From NCBI GenBank assembly GCA_018896025.1, contig JAHIND010000004.1, positions 66,512 through 130,511 on the forward strand: a stretch of 64,000 bases of DNA, given 5' to 3'. This document shows, piece by piece, positions 18,159 to 27,633 of the stretch; positions within the stretch are counted from its first letter, which is position 1, and each line of letters begins with the position of its first letter. The DNA comes from Pseudomonadota bacterium. GTDB lineage: Bacteria; Desulfobacterota; Desulfarculia; Desulfarculales; Desulfarculaceae. Position numbers and translations under genes: made by a program. The notes beneath the pieces were generated by a model. It did no database searches. It had not been told where the DNA came from and worked only from the letters and a program-made list of their open reading frames with translations.

Positions 18159-19742
18159 ATGCAAAATCTGCGCGAACTGATGGAGGCGCGCGCCGCCGAG
18201 TTGGGCTCCAAGCCCTACCTGGTGTTCGGCGAGCGGTCTTACTCCTTTGCGGAAATGAATGATCGGGTGAACCAGGCGGCCCAGGGCCTGCGGGCCTTGG
18301 GCTTGGGCCCCGGCCAAAAGGCGGCCATGCTGGTGGGCAACTCGCCGGAGTTCCTCTGGCTGTGGTGGGCCATCCTCAAGCTGGGGGCAGTCTTGGTGCC
18401 GGTGAACCTGCGCCTCACCGCCGGGGAGGTGGCCTACATCCTCAACCACTCGGAAACCAAGGTGGTGCTCCTGGGGGACCAGTCCGTGCCGCTGTTGGCC
18501 GAGCTGCAAGCAGAGTGCCCCGGCGTGACCCATTGGTTGGGGGTGGGCCTGGGGCCCGAGCAGGACCTGGCCCCCAGCGAGGATTTCTACGGCCTGCCCG
18601 CCGAGGCGCCGCCGCCGGTGGAGCTGGGGCTGGACCACCCGGCGGGGCTGCTCTACACCTCGGGCACCACCGGCTTTCCCAAGGGGGTGGTGCACACCCA
18701 CGGCAACTATTTGCGCACCGCCGCCAGTTTTGCCCGCACCTGCGGCCTTGAGCCCCAGGACCGCCTCATGACCGCCAACCCCCTGTTCCACGTCAACGCC
18801 CAGTACTATTCGTGCATGGGCACCTTGTACAAAGGAGCCACCTTTGTGCTGGCCGAAAAGTTCAGCGCCTCGCGCATGTGGGGCTGGACCCGCCAGCACC
18901 GGGTGAACAAGGTGGTGATGCTCCTGCCCCTGACCACCATCCTCTACAACCGCCCACCCCAGGACGACGACGCCGACAACCCGGTGGAGCTGGTGGTGGC
19001 CGGGGGAGCGCCCAAGGGCCACTACGCCGATTTCGAGCGCCGCTTCGGGGTGAAGCTGCAAACCCTCTACAGCCTCACCGAGGCCCCCCTGGCCCTCATG
19101 GGGGCGCGGGACCGGCCGGTGAAGGACGGCTCGGTGGGGGTGCCCATGATTCCCGACTGGCCCGGCCTCACCAACCAGGTGGCCATCGTGGACGAGCAGG
19201 ACCAACCGCTGCCTCCCGGCCAGACCGGGCAGATCGTGCTGCGCAACCAGGCCCTGATGAAGGAGTACTTCAAGGACCCGGAGGCCACGGCAGAGGCCCT
19301 GGGGGGCGGCTGGCTGCACACCGGCGACCGGGGCCGCATGGACCAGGAGGGCTGGGTCTATTTCCTGGGCCGGGGCAAGGACGTGATCCGCAAGAAGGGC
19401 GAGAACATCGGCGCGGTGGAGGTGGAGAACGCCCTGGCCGCCTCGGAGCTGGTGGCCGAAGCGGCGGTGCTGGGGGTCATGCCCCCGGACGCGGTGGGCG
19501 AGGAGGAGATAATGGCCTTCGTGGTGCGGTCTCCCGGAGCCGCTCCGGGCTGGGAGGCCCTGATCGCCCATTGCCAGAGCTATCTGGCCGACTTCAAGGT
19601 GCCCCGCTTCTGGCTGGCCGTGGAGTCCCTGCCCAAGAACGCCATGAACCGAGTGGTGAAAAACAAGCTGCGGGACCGGGAGGACCTGGAAAACACCCCA
19701 GGCACCTATGACCGCCAGGCGCAAAAGGAGGTGGGAGCATGA
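18159..19742 (+). CDS. Acyl-CoA ligase (CaiC-like)
   Basis: YTSGTTGFPKG, PLFHVNAQ, GWLHTGDRG, KGENI. Confidence 0.88.
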   Translation: MQNLRELMEARAAELGSKPYLVFGERSYSFAEMNDRVNQAAQGLRALGLGPGQKAAMLVGNSPEFLWLWWAILKLGAVLVPVNLRLTAGEVAYILNHSETKVVLLGDQSVPLLAELQAECPGVTHWLGVGLGPEQDLAPSEDFYGLPAEAPPPVELGLDHPAGLLYTSGTTGFPKGVVHTHGNYLRTAASFARTCGLEPQDRLMTANPLFHVNAQYYSCMGTLYKGATFVLAEKFSASRMWGWTRQHRVNKVVMLLPLTTILYNRPPQDDDADNPVELVVAGGAPKGHYADFERRFGVKLQTLYSLTEAPLALMGARDRPVKDGSVGVPMIPDWPGLTNQVAIVDEQDQPLPPGQTGQIVLRNQALMKEYFKDPEATAEALGGGWLHTGDRGRMDQEGWVYFLGRGKDVIRKKGENIGAVEVENALAASELVAEAAVLGVMPPDAVGEEEIMAFVVRSPGAAPGWEALIAHCQSYLADFKVPRFWLAVESLPKNAMNRVVKNKLRDREDLENTPGTYDRQAQKEVGA

Positions 19743-20836
19743 AAACCCGTGCGGTGGTGGTCACCGAGCCCGGCAAGCTGGAGATGCGCGAGTTTCCCCT
19801 GCCCGAGATCGGAGAGGAGGACGGCATCCTCAAGCTGGAGATGGTGGGAGTGTGCGGTTCGGACCCCGGCATCTTCAAGGGCAAGTCCGCCCGGGGCGCG
19901 CGGCCCTATCCCATCATCCTGGGACACGAGATGGTGGGCCGGGTCTATAAGATGGGCCAGGCGGCCCAGAAGCGCCACGGGGTGAAGGAAGGCGACCGGG
20001 TCATCATCGAGTACGCCTTTGGCTGCGGCAAGTGCCGCCCCTGCCTGGAGGGGCGCTACACCCTGTGCCAGAACTTCTACACCTACGGCTCCATGATCTC
20101 CTGCGCCGAGCCGCCCCATCTTTACGGGGCCTACGCCGACTACCTCTACATTCATCCCAGGGCCATGCTGCACAAGATCAGCGAGGAGCTGTCCGCCGAG
20201 GCGGCGGTGCTGACCTGTGCGGTGTTGGGCAACGGGGTGCGCTGGCTGCACCAGATCGGCGGATGCGGCATCGGCAAGGCGGTGGCCATCGTGGGGCCGG
20301 GCCAGCAGGGCCTGGCCGGGGTGGCCGTGGCCAAGGAGTCCGGGGCGGGCCCCATCATGGTGGTGGGCCTGGAGCGTGACGCCCCGCGCCTGGAAATGGC
20401 GGTGCGCTTCGGGGCGGACGTGGTGATCAACGCCGAGCGCGAGGACCCGGTGGAGGCGGTGCGCCGGGCCACCGGCGGGGGCATGGCCCAGGTGGTCATG
20501 GACGTAACCGGCCATCCCCAGGGGGCGCGCCTGGCCCTGGACCTGGCCGGGCTGGGGGCCACCCTGGTCTTGCCCGGCCTCTACGGCACCGGGGTGGAGA
20601 TTCCCCTGGCCCTGGACAAGGTGGTGTTCAACGAGATCACCCTCAAGGGGGTCTTCTCCCACGACTACCCGGCGGTGGAGCCGGCCATCAAGATCGCCGA
20701 GTCCGGCAAATATCCCCTGGAGGAGCTGGTGACCCACCGCCTGCCTCTGGAGGACGCCCTGCACGCCATCAAGCTGGTGGCCGGGGAGGTGCCCGGCGAG
20801 ACGGCCATGAAGGTGCTTCTGGACCCGGCGCTCTAA
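19739..20836 (+). CDS. Zinc-dependent alcohol/polyol dehydrogenase (MDR family)
   Basis: CGSD, GHE, structural CGKCRPC...C, GPGQQG. Confidence 0.9.
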   Translation: MKTRAVVVTEPGKLEMREFPLPEIGEEDGILKLEMVGVCGSDPGIFKGKSARGARPYPIILGHEMVGRVYKMGQAAQKRHGVKEGDRVIIEYAFGCGKCRPCLEGRYTLCQNFYTYGSMISCAEPPHLYGAYADYLYIHPRAMLHKISEELSAEAAVLTCAVLGNGVRWLHQIGGCGIGKAVAIVGPGQQGLAGVAVAKESGAGPIMVVGLERDAPRLEMAVRFGADVVINAEREDPVEAVRRATGGGMAQVVMDVTGHPQGARLALDLAGLGATLVLPGLYGTGVEIPLALDKVVFNEITLKGVFSHDYPAVEPAIKIAESGKYPLEELVTHRLPLEDALHAIKLVAGEVPGETAMKVLLDPAL

Positions 20837-20862
20837 CCTCCCGCCCGCGCCCGACTACATTA

Positions 20863-20897
20863 CGCCCGCCCGGTCATTCCACCGGGCGGGCGCTTTC
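20863..20897 (+). terminator. Hairpin between convergent genes (probable terminator)
   Basis: CGCCCGCCCGGT / ACCGGGCGGGCG stem followed by CTTTC. Confidence 0.6.
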
Positions 20898-20899
20898 GT

Positions 20900-21721
20900 C
20901 TAAAAGTAGAGCGTGCCTCTTTTTTGGCGTAGCGACTCGGGCGTTTCCTTGTCTTTATCCATCTTGAACTGGAAGAAGGGGGTCATGTCGCCCACCTTCA
21001 ACGCCTCGTCCGGGCAGTCTTTGACGCATTGCAGGCACACGATGCACTTGGCCGGGTCGGCCACGCCGGTCTCGGCGTCCATGGCTCCGCTGGGGCACTG
21101 CTCCTGGCACAGCAGGCACATCTGACACTCCGCCCCCTGGCGGTTGGGCAGCATGGCCCCCATTTTGAAACGGAAGGACTCGAATTCGTCCAGCTGCTCC
21201 TGGGTGTAGGGGCCGGGGTCCAGCTCGGTCAGCACCGCCTGGTCCTGGCCGCTCAGCCGGGGGTAGAGCTTCTGGGCGTATTCGGCCGCCAGGTCCAGGT
21301 CCTGCTGGTCTGGCCTGCCCTGCATGGATTGCCAGCCCGCCAGGTTGTAGGTGTGGGCGCCGGGAAAAGTAGCCGAGGCCACCACCACGAAGCCGCGCTC
21401 TTGCAGCCTACGGCGGGTGTCGAAAGGCGCGGGGTGTATCTGGAAGCCGCCGTAGGTGAAGAAGGTGGCGCAGCGCTTGCCGTTGCCCTCCAGGGTGGCC
21501 AGCCATTCCCGGAACAGGCGCGGGGAGCGCATGGAATGGATGGGCGAACCGAAAATCACCGCGTCGTATGTGGCCAAGGATACCGGCTCCTGCCGAGCCT
21601 CCAGGGCAGTGACGTTCTTCAGCTCCACCTCGGCCCCCAACTGACCGAGGCGATCGTTTATGGCCTGGGCGATTTGTCCGGTATTTCCAGTGGCGCTGAA
21701 GTAGCAGATCAGAACTTTCAT
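20900..21721 (-). CDS. Flavodoxin-ferredoxin fusion (EFR1-like)
   Basis: YFSATGNT flavodoxin loop; CQMCLLCQEQCP and CIVCLQCVKDCP. Confidence 0.88.
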   Translation of the reverse strand: MKVLICYFSATGNTGQIAQAINDRLGQLGAEVELKNVTALEARQEPVSLATYDAVIFGSPIHSMRSPRLFREWLATLEGNGKRCATFFTYGGFQIHPAPFDTRRRLQERGFVVVASATFPGAHTYNLAGWQSMQGRPDQQDLDLAAEYAQKLYPRLSGQDQAVLTELDPGPYTQEQLDEFESFRFKMGAMLPNRQGAECQMCLLCQEQCPSGAMDAETGVADPAKCIVCLQCVKDCPDEALKVGDMTPFFQFKMDKDKETPESLRQKRGTLYF

Positions 21722-22147
21722 ATTCGGCTCCCGGCTATGAATTGAAGCGGCGTTTGGGCCTGGGGAGAGGCTTGCTTTTTGCTGAAGGTCATTTTTAGGC
21801 GATCAATGGGCACCCTGAGGCATTATTGCACGTTGCCGGAACACATGAAACCGGTTTGGCTTTTTGTTTATGGATGCGGTGCCGGCTAAAATACCAGCCT
21901 GCTTTTCTAGCAAGGCCGTAAAGTAGCTGACGGCATATCCATTCGGCGTTACCACTTTTGCCGGACAAGGGCCACATGCCTGGGCCGGTCAACCCGCTCT
22001 ATCCTGGATTCTTGCCAACCGGCAACAAGCAGTGTAATGTCGACTAATCATCCAGGTTTATAATGTCTTTGCCGTTCTTTCGAAAGCAGGAGGGCCGGGC
22101 AGGCCTGAAAGGCTTCTGCCAAACCTCACGTAATTTCGAGGGATTCC

Positions 22148-23906
22148 TTGCCATACCACTCATTAAAAATCTTTGTTATTTGCCTGGTGTGCCTGCTGGC
22201 TGCCGTTGGGTATGCGTGGCCTGGTGAGCACGGCCCAGTGATGGAGCTGGGAGGGCGGCCCCGCTACGACTTGGCCCCCTACCTCGAAGTATTGGATGCC
22301 GCGGAAAGCCAGCTCACCATCGAACAGGTCAGCACAGAGCCTTGGAGCCGGCGTTTCAAGCCCCTGGGCGGGCCGACCCTGAATGTCCCCTCCCGCGACC
22401 TGCACATCTATTGGCTGCGCTTCAGCGCAGTCGCGCCAAAGGGCAGCCCTGCCGCAAAGACCACCTGGCTGATGGCCACCGACTACGTCTACCTGGACAA
22501 AATCGATTTTTACCGGCCGACCTCCGAGGGGTGGGAAGTGGTCCAGACCGGTCTCGACCGCCCCTTCGCCACCCGCGAGCTGACCAACCGGAGTTTCGTT
22601 TTCACATTGCCTCAAACAGACAAAGGGCCGTTCACCTGCTATTTGCGCCTGGAAACCAAAGGGGTCAACCCCCTGCGTTTTTATGCCTGGTCCCTTCCCG
22701 CCTTCATCAGCCGCACCGTCAAGGAGGATTACCTTTTCGCCATTTGCTATGGTGTGCTGCTCAGCATGATCGCCTTTCAATTTGTTCATCACCATTTCGC
22801 TGAGAGATCGAGTTTATCTTTATTACGTCGGATACATCCTGTTCGCCCTGGTCAGCATGACCTTCCTGCACGGCCAAATAACGGCCCTCTGGGACTTTGG
22901 CACCCAGACATTCGTGACTATGCTCTGGATCAACATGGGGCTATTCACCGCCTTTGCCTACCTGTTCATGCGCGGGATCCTCAATACAAACAGCTTGTCC
23001 CCGCTGGTGGACAAGCTGCTCATATTCGGTTTTTACTATGGCCTGTCAATCACGGCGGCCGGCCTGCTGAACTTGCCCTGGATCAGCCGCTGGCTGACTC
23101 TGGGAAGCGGCATTTTTTCACCTTGGCTGGCGCTGACGGCGGGCATAGTCAGCCTGCGCCGCGGCTTCGCGGCCGCCCGCTACTTCCTGTTGGCCTGGGG
23201 AGTGCTGGCCGCAGCCGTGGCCATTTTTGTCATTCAAGAGCTGGGGCCCATGCAAGGCGAGTATTGGGCCAGAAATTCCCTGCTGGTCGGCACGGCGTTG
23301 GAATCGATTCTGTTGTCCCTGGCCCTGGCCGCGCGTATCAGGGATCTCAAGGAAGAACGGAGGGTTTTGGCCGAGAGCGAAAGCAGGTTCAAAAACCTCA
23401 GCTACACCGACGGCCTCACCGGGCTGTTCAACAAACGCTTCTTTTCCCTGCACCTGGAAGAAGCCCTGCGCAGCGGCCAAGTCTCCGATAACCGCCCGTG
23501 TCTCTTGTTCATTGATCTGGATGATTTCAAGCTTTTTAACGACACCTACGGCCATGACCAGGGTGATCTGGTGCTCAAGGGCCTCGCTGGAATCATCACC
23601 GACAGCGTGCGCTCCAACGACATGCCCTGCCGTTGGGGTGGTGAGGAATTCGCGGTGATTCTGCTCGGGGCGACCTTGGAGTCGGCAGCCGCCATCGCTG
23701 AACGCATACGCCAGCGTTTTGCCCAATACGTTTTTTCCCCGAACGGGCAAACGGTTCGGCAAACTTTAAGCGTTGGCCTGGCCCGAGTTCAACAAGGCGA
23801 AAGCTCCGACGACTTCATCCGGCGCGCCGACCAGGCGCTTTACCGAGCCAAGCGGGCAGGCAAGAACCAACTTTACGTCAGCGCGGTAAGGCCATCTAAT
23901 CCTTGA
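22148..23906 (+). pseudogene. 7TM-DISM sensor diguanylate cyclase interrupted by a single-base frameshift (true lesion or sequencing error)
   Basis: DISM2-like periplasmic domain in frame to GCC 22772; removing one T from TTT 22775-22777 gives YGVLLSMIAFNLFITI continuing into the 7TM region and GGDEF domain (GGEEF, RSND I-site). Confidence 0.8.
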
Positions 23907-24032
23907 ACGATGTCGGAGCCCATTTAGTGCCGCCAGGGCTCTGAACATCCGCTCCTCCGCCTCCAATCAACCAATAGCGCAACCCAGAACTATCTTCGCC
24001 CGGCCATGAAATTCGGCACCCGAATAAAACGA

Positions 24033-24067
24033 AGGCGGTTAGTTCTTGCGAACTAACCGCCTGTTTT
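24033..24067. terminator. Intrinsic terminator downstream of tRNA-Ala (possibly bidirectional)
   Basis: 13-bp stem AGGCGGTTAGTTC / GAACTAACCGCCT, loop TTGC, T-runs on both strands. Confidence 0.8.
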
Positions 24068-24071
24068 TACT

Positions 24072-24147
24072 TGGTGGAGCTGAACGGGATCGAACCGTCG
24101 ACCTCATGACTGCCAGTCATGCGCTCTCCCAGCTGAGCTACAGCCCC
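24072..24147 (-). tRNA. tRNA-Ala (GGC)
   Basis: 76 nt GGGGCTGTAGCTCAGCTGGGAGAGCGCATGACTGGCAGTCATGAGGTCGACGGTTCGATCCCGTTCAGCTCCACCA; anticodon stem CATGA/TCATG; encoded CCA. Confidence 0.97.
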
Positions 24148-24159
24148 TGAGACCGGTAT

Positions 24160-24188
24160 TTTCTATCAGAAGCCCGAGGGGTTGTCAA
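24160..24188 (-). promoter_or_regulatory. Sigma70 promoter of tRNA-Ala
   Basis: Minus-strand TTGACA, 17-nt spacer, TAGAAA. Confidence 0.6.
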
Positions 24189-24291
24189 CGCCGGGGGCGG
24201 CACTGATTGGTTATTAGTCACAGTTTTGTTGACCCGGCGGTCGAGCGCATGTTACCAAGTGGCAAGATATCAAGATCGTGGAGGAAAACAT

Positions 24292-25956
24292 TTGCCCCCC
24301 CGCTGGTTTACAGAGGCCCAAGTCGGCGAGTTGGGCCTGTGGGACCTACTGGAGCATAAAAAACCCGGCGGCACCCTGGCCCAAGTGGCCCAAGCTCTGG
24401 ATTTCCTACACGTAAACCAAGGCCTGTTGGAGCCCTACAGCGCGCAATACCCCCTGGTGGAAGCCAGGGAGCTAATCCCCCCCTTTGACGCACCTCTGAT
24501 CGAATACCGCGATCTGCCCGCCTTTTCCATGGTGGCCCTGGACCGTGAGCTGAGCTACCAGGACGAAGGCTTTCAGTATGATCAACTGGTTACCGAAGGA
24601 GACCCCCCGGATCGATTCCTGGCCGCGGCCAACCGGGCCACCCTGCGCCAGAGGGTGCCCCGCAACCTGCGGCCCGAGATGGAAAAGATGCTGGGCCAGT
24701 CCGGGGCCACGGCGGTAAGGCAATACGTACAGCTTCTGCCCCTGCTCACCTCCATGGACCGGGGGCACGTGTTGGCCCGCGACCACGAGGGACAACTATA
24801 CCTGGGCGGGGTGTTCGCCTCCTTCCCCTCGGACCTGGACGGCGAGATCAAGCGCTTCGGAAGGCGGGTGGGCAAGTTCGCCCTGGGCGACAACCAGGCT
24901 TACGCCGAAAACCGCCAGTTCGTTTACAACTTCCTCATGGAGCAAACCGGTTTCCCGGTGTGCGGCGAGCGCCACACCTCGGCGGCCCTGTTCGCCCGCC
25001 GCCTGTTGCGCCGCAGGGAGAATTTCATCGTAAAAGTCCAGGGACACAGCGACCGGGCCATAACCAGCCTCACCAGTCTGGACGCCCGCAACCGCCTGCC
25101 TCGGGTGGAAAAGATCGCCCTGATGCAAGCCGCCTCCTGCAATCAGGCGGGCAAGGACCGCATACGCGACGGCGGCTTTTTCGTGGACCCCGAGCGCGAG
25201 GTGGTGCTGCTCCGGGTGCACTACGCCCAGCACGCCTATCACCCGGCCAACGTGCTGGAGGATCGGGCGCTGAGCGTGTCCTCCCAGGAGATAGTCCACC
25301 CCCAGAGCGGCGAGGTGCTGGGCGGCCTTGACGTGCTGGGGCTCAGCGTGGACCGGGTGCTGGTGTTGCAGGACATCGTGCGCGGCGAGCACACCGGCAG
25401 CATCGTCTACCAAGGCCTGGTGCGCCTTACCAGCACCGCCGACCCCCAGACCCGCCTGAAATTCCTTAGCGCCTGGCTGGGCAAGCATCGCTACATTCTG
25501 GCCGACTACAGCTCCGAGCAGTTCGACCGATGTCTCAAGGTCATCAACTCCTACCTGGACGACCCGGAGCAGCGGGCGGAGATGGCCCGCTATCCCGAGC
25601 TTTACGAGGAGGCCCGCCGCACCGTGCGCGACGTGAAGTGGGCCCACCGCCTGCGCCTTTTGGAAAAGCTGGTCAGAAACCGGGCCGACGCCTTTGGCCG
25701 CCAGTTCAAGCACGTGCAGATACTGATCATCCTCACCCACGTGCTCAGCCAGGAGGGCGACGACCTGGCCCAGAAGCATCCCCAGCAGCTGGACAAGCTG
25801 CTATCCATCTGCGCCGGGTATCTCAAAAACCCCTACCTGCGCCGCCGCTACCTTTCCCGCGAGCCTCAAACCACGGTGGAGCGCGAGGTCATAGGGCATC
25901 ACCGCCTGCTGACCACCCTGGTGGAACGCTACCGCCAGGCGCTGACCCAGCGTTGA
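24292..25956 (+). CDS. Hypothetical protein (~554 aa)
   Basis: Long ORF with host-like codon usage; GGAGG RBS at 24280-24284 favours TTG 24292; no family recognised. Confidence 0.75.
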   Translation: MPPRWFTEAQVGELGLWDLLEHKKPGGTLAQVAQALDFLHVNQGLLEPYSAQYPLVEARELIPPFDAPLIEYRDLPAFSMVALDRELSYQDEGFQYDQLVTEGDPPDRFLAAANRATLRQRVPRNLRPEMEKMLGQSGATAVRQYVQLLPLLTSMDRGHVLARDHEGQLYLGGVFASFPSDLDGEIKRFGRRVGKFALGDNQAYAENRQFVYNFLMEQTGFPVCGERHTSAALFARRLLRRRENFIVKVQGHSDRAITSLTSLDARNRLPRVEKIALMQAASCNQAGKDRIRDGGFFVDPEREVVLLRVHYAQHAYHPANVLEDRALSVSSQEIVHPQSGEVLGGLDVLGLSVDRVLVLQDIVRGEHTGSIVYQGLVRLTSTADPQTRLKFLSAWLGKHRYILADYSSEQFDRCLKVINSYLDDPEQRAEMARYPELYEEARRTVRDVKWAHRLRLLEKLVRNRADAFGRQFKHVQILIILTHVLSQEGDDLAQKHPQQLDKLLSICAGYLKNPYLRRRYLSREPQTTVEREVIGHHRLLTTLVERYRQALTQR

Positions 25957-26012
25957 CGGGATAGGCTCCCAGGACTAAACTTGAGTCCCACTAACAGCTC
26001 CTGGAAAGAGGC

Positions 26013-27050
26013 ATGACCACCCCCAGCCAGTCCACCCCAGCTCCCGCCCAACTTTTGGACAGTTTCGGACGCCGCCTGCACTATTTGCGTTTGTCCATAA
26101 CCGACCTGTGCAACCTGCGCTGCCGCTACTGCATGCCCCCCGAGGGCATCGAAAAGCTGCCCCAGGACATGGTGCTGACCTTGGAAGAGCTGGCCCGGGT
26201 GTCGCGCATCGCGGTGGGCCTGGGAGTGGACAAGATACGCCTCACCGGCGGCGAGCCCCTGTTGCGCAAGGGCCTGTCGCGGCTGCTGGACGAGCTGAAA
26301 TCCCTTAAGCCCCGCCCGGACCTGCGCATCACCACCAACGGCCTGCTCTTGGCCCAGAAGCTGCCCGAGTTGGTGGCCGGAGGGGTGAGCACGGTCAACG
26401 TGAGCCTGGACAGCCTCAAGCCCGAGCTTTACGGCCAGATCACCGGCCTGGGGGCCCAGGCCGGGCATGAGGCCCTGGCCAAGGTGTGGCAGGGCATCCG
26501 GGCGGCCCTGGACGAGCCAAGCCTTCAGGTGAAACTCAACGTGGTGCTCTTGGGCGGGGTCAACGAAGAAGAGATCGTGGATTTCGCCCGCCTGACCCTG
26601 GAGCATCCCCTGGCGGTACGTTTCATCGAATACATGCCCGTGGGGCGCAACACCCCCTTCCAGCCGGAGCGCTTTTTGGCCGCCGAGCAGGTGTTGCAGC
26701 GCATCCGGTCCCTGGGCGAGGTGGAGCCCCTGCCCCAGCGCCCCGGCGACGGCCCGGCCCAGCGCCTGCGCCTGGCCGGAGCGCCCGGCGAGCTGGGGGT
26801 GATCAGCGCCCTGTCCAGCCACTTCTGCGCCACCTGCAATCGCATCCGCCTGTCCAGCGAGGGCCAGGTGGTCCCCTGTCTGCTCTCCGACGTGGCCGTG
26901 GAGCTCAAGCCCCTGCTCAGGGGCGGGGCCGACGACGCGGCGGTGGCCAAGGCCCTGCTGGAGGCGGCCCGCCTCAAGCCCCGCAACCACCACCAGGCGG
27001 TGGTGAGCCCCCACGCCGCCGGTTGCCAGATGTCGCGCCTGGGTGGCTGA
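26013..27050 (+). CDS. moaA: GTP 3',8-cyclase MoaA
   Basis: CNLRCRYC, GGEPL, FCATCNRIRL...PCL, C-terminal GG. Confidence 0.95.
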   Translation: MTTPSQSTPAPAQLLDSFGRRLHYLRLSITDLCNLRCRYCMPPEGIEKLPQDMVLTLEELARVSRIAVGLGVDKIRLTGGEPLLRKGLSRLLDELKSLKPRPDLRITTNGLLLAQKLPELVAGGVSTVNVSLDSLKPELYGQITGLGAQAGHEALAKVWQGIRAALDEPSLQVKLNVVLLGGVNEEEIVDFARLTLEHPLAVRFIEYMPVGRNTPFQPERFLAAEQVLQRIRSLGEVEPLPQRPGDGPAQRLRLAGAPGELGVISALSSHFCATCNRIRLSSEGQVVPCLLSDVAVELKPLLRGGADDAAVAKALLEAARLKPRNHHQAVVSPHAAGCQMSRLGG

Positions 27051-27202
27051 GCATAATATTCATTAAGAGACTGAATCCCATTCATCACCTTGATTCACCT
27101 TGCGAATACCTACTACTTTAGGCTACCATCGAAGCTCAACCGCAAGGGTCCCCTGCCGCGGGCCCGTACCCTGGCCGTACGGGTCTGGAGGATAACCTAA
27201 CC

Positions 27203-27604
27203 TTGAGCATGTCCATCTTTGGGAAACTGGCCGAGGAGCGCATCAAGCAAGCCGCCGAACGCGGCGACTTCGACGACCTCCCCGGCAAAGGCAAGCCTCT
27301 CAAGTTGGAAGACGACTCCAACGTGCCCGAGGACCTCAGGCTGGCTTACAAAATCCTCAAGAATGCGGGCTACACCCCACCTGAGCTGGAGGCTCAAAAA
27401 GAGCTGATGCGGGTGGAGGACCTCTTGGCCAACGCGCCGGACGAAAAGACGCGTTACCAGGCCCTCAAGCGGCTGAACTACCTGACCATGAAATTTAGCC
27501 ATCTGCGGCCCAACTCTGGGATATTCACCGACAACGAATACAGCGATCGGGTGGTGGACCGCTTATGCCGCCCGCGCAAGGCCTCAGACTCCGACAAAAA
27601 GTAA
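27203..27604 (+). CDS. DUF1992 / DnaJ-C28-like domain protein
   Basis: AEERIKQAAERGDFDDLPGKGKPL...KILKNAGYTPP. Confidence 0.85.
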   Translation: MSMSIFGKLAEERIKQAAERGDFDDLPGKGKPLKLEDDSNVPEDLRLAYKILKNAGYTPPELEAQKELMRVEDLLANAPDEKTRYQALKRLNYLTMKFSHLRPNSGIFTDNEYSDRVVDRLCRPRKASDSDKK

Positions 27605-27633
27605 AATATAGCTTCCGGAGGAAGCCCGCGCCC

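Noticed and set aside
21795-21992. Small ORFs in intergenic gaps (21795-21992, 12035-12238, 23766-23966, 2357-2608)
   Set aside because: No clear RBS, atypical composition, overlap with promoters or neighbouring genes, and no motifs.
23907-24147. Integrative element at tRNA-Ala
   Set aside because: No integrase and no duplicated tRNA 3' end noticed in the window; the native terminator directly follows the tRNA.
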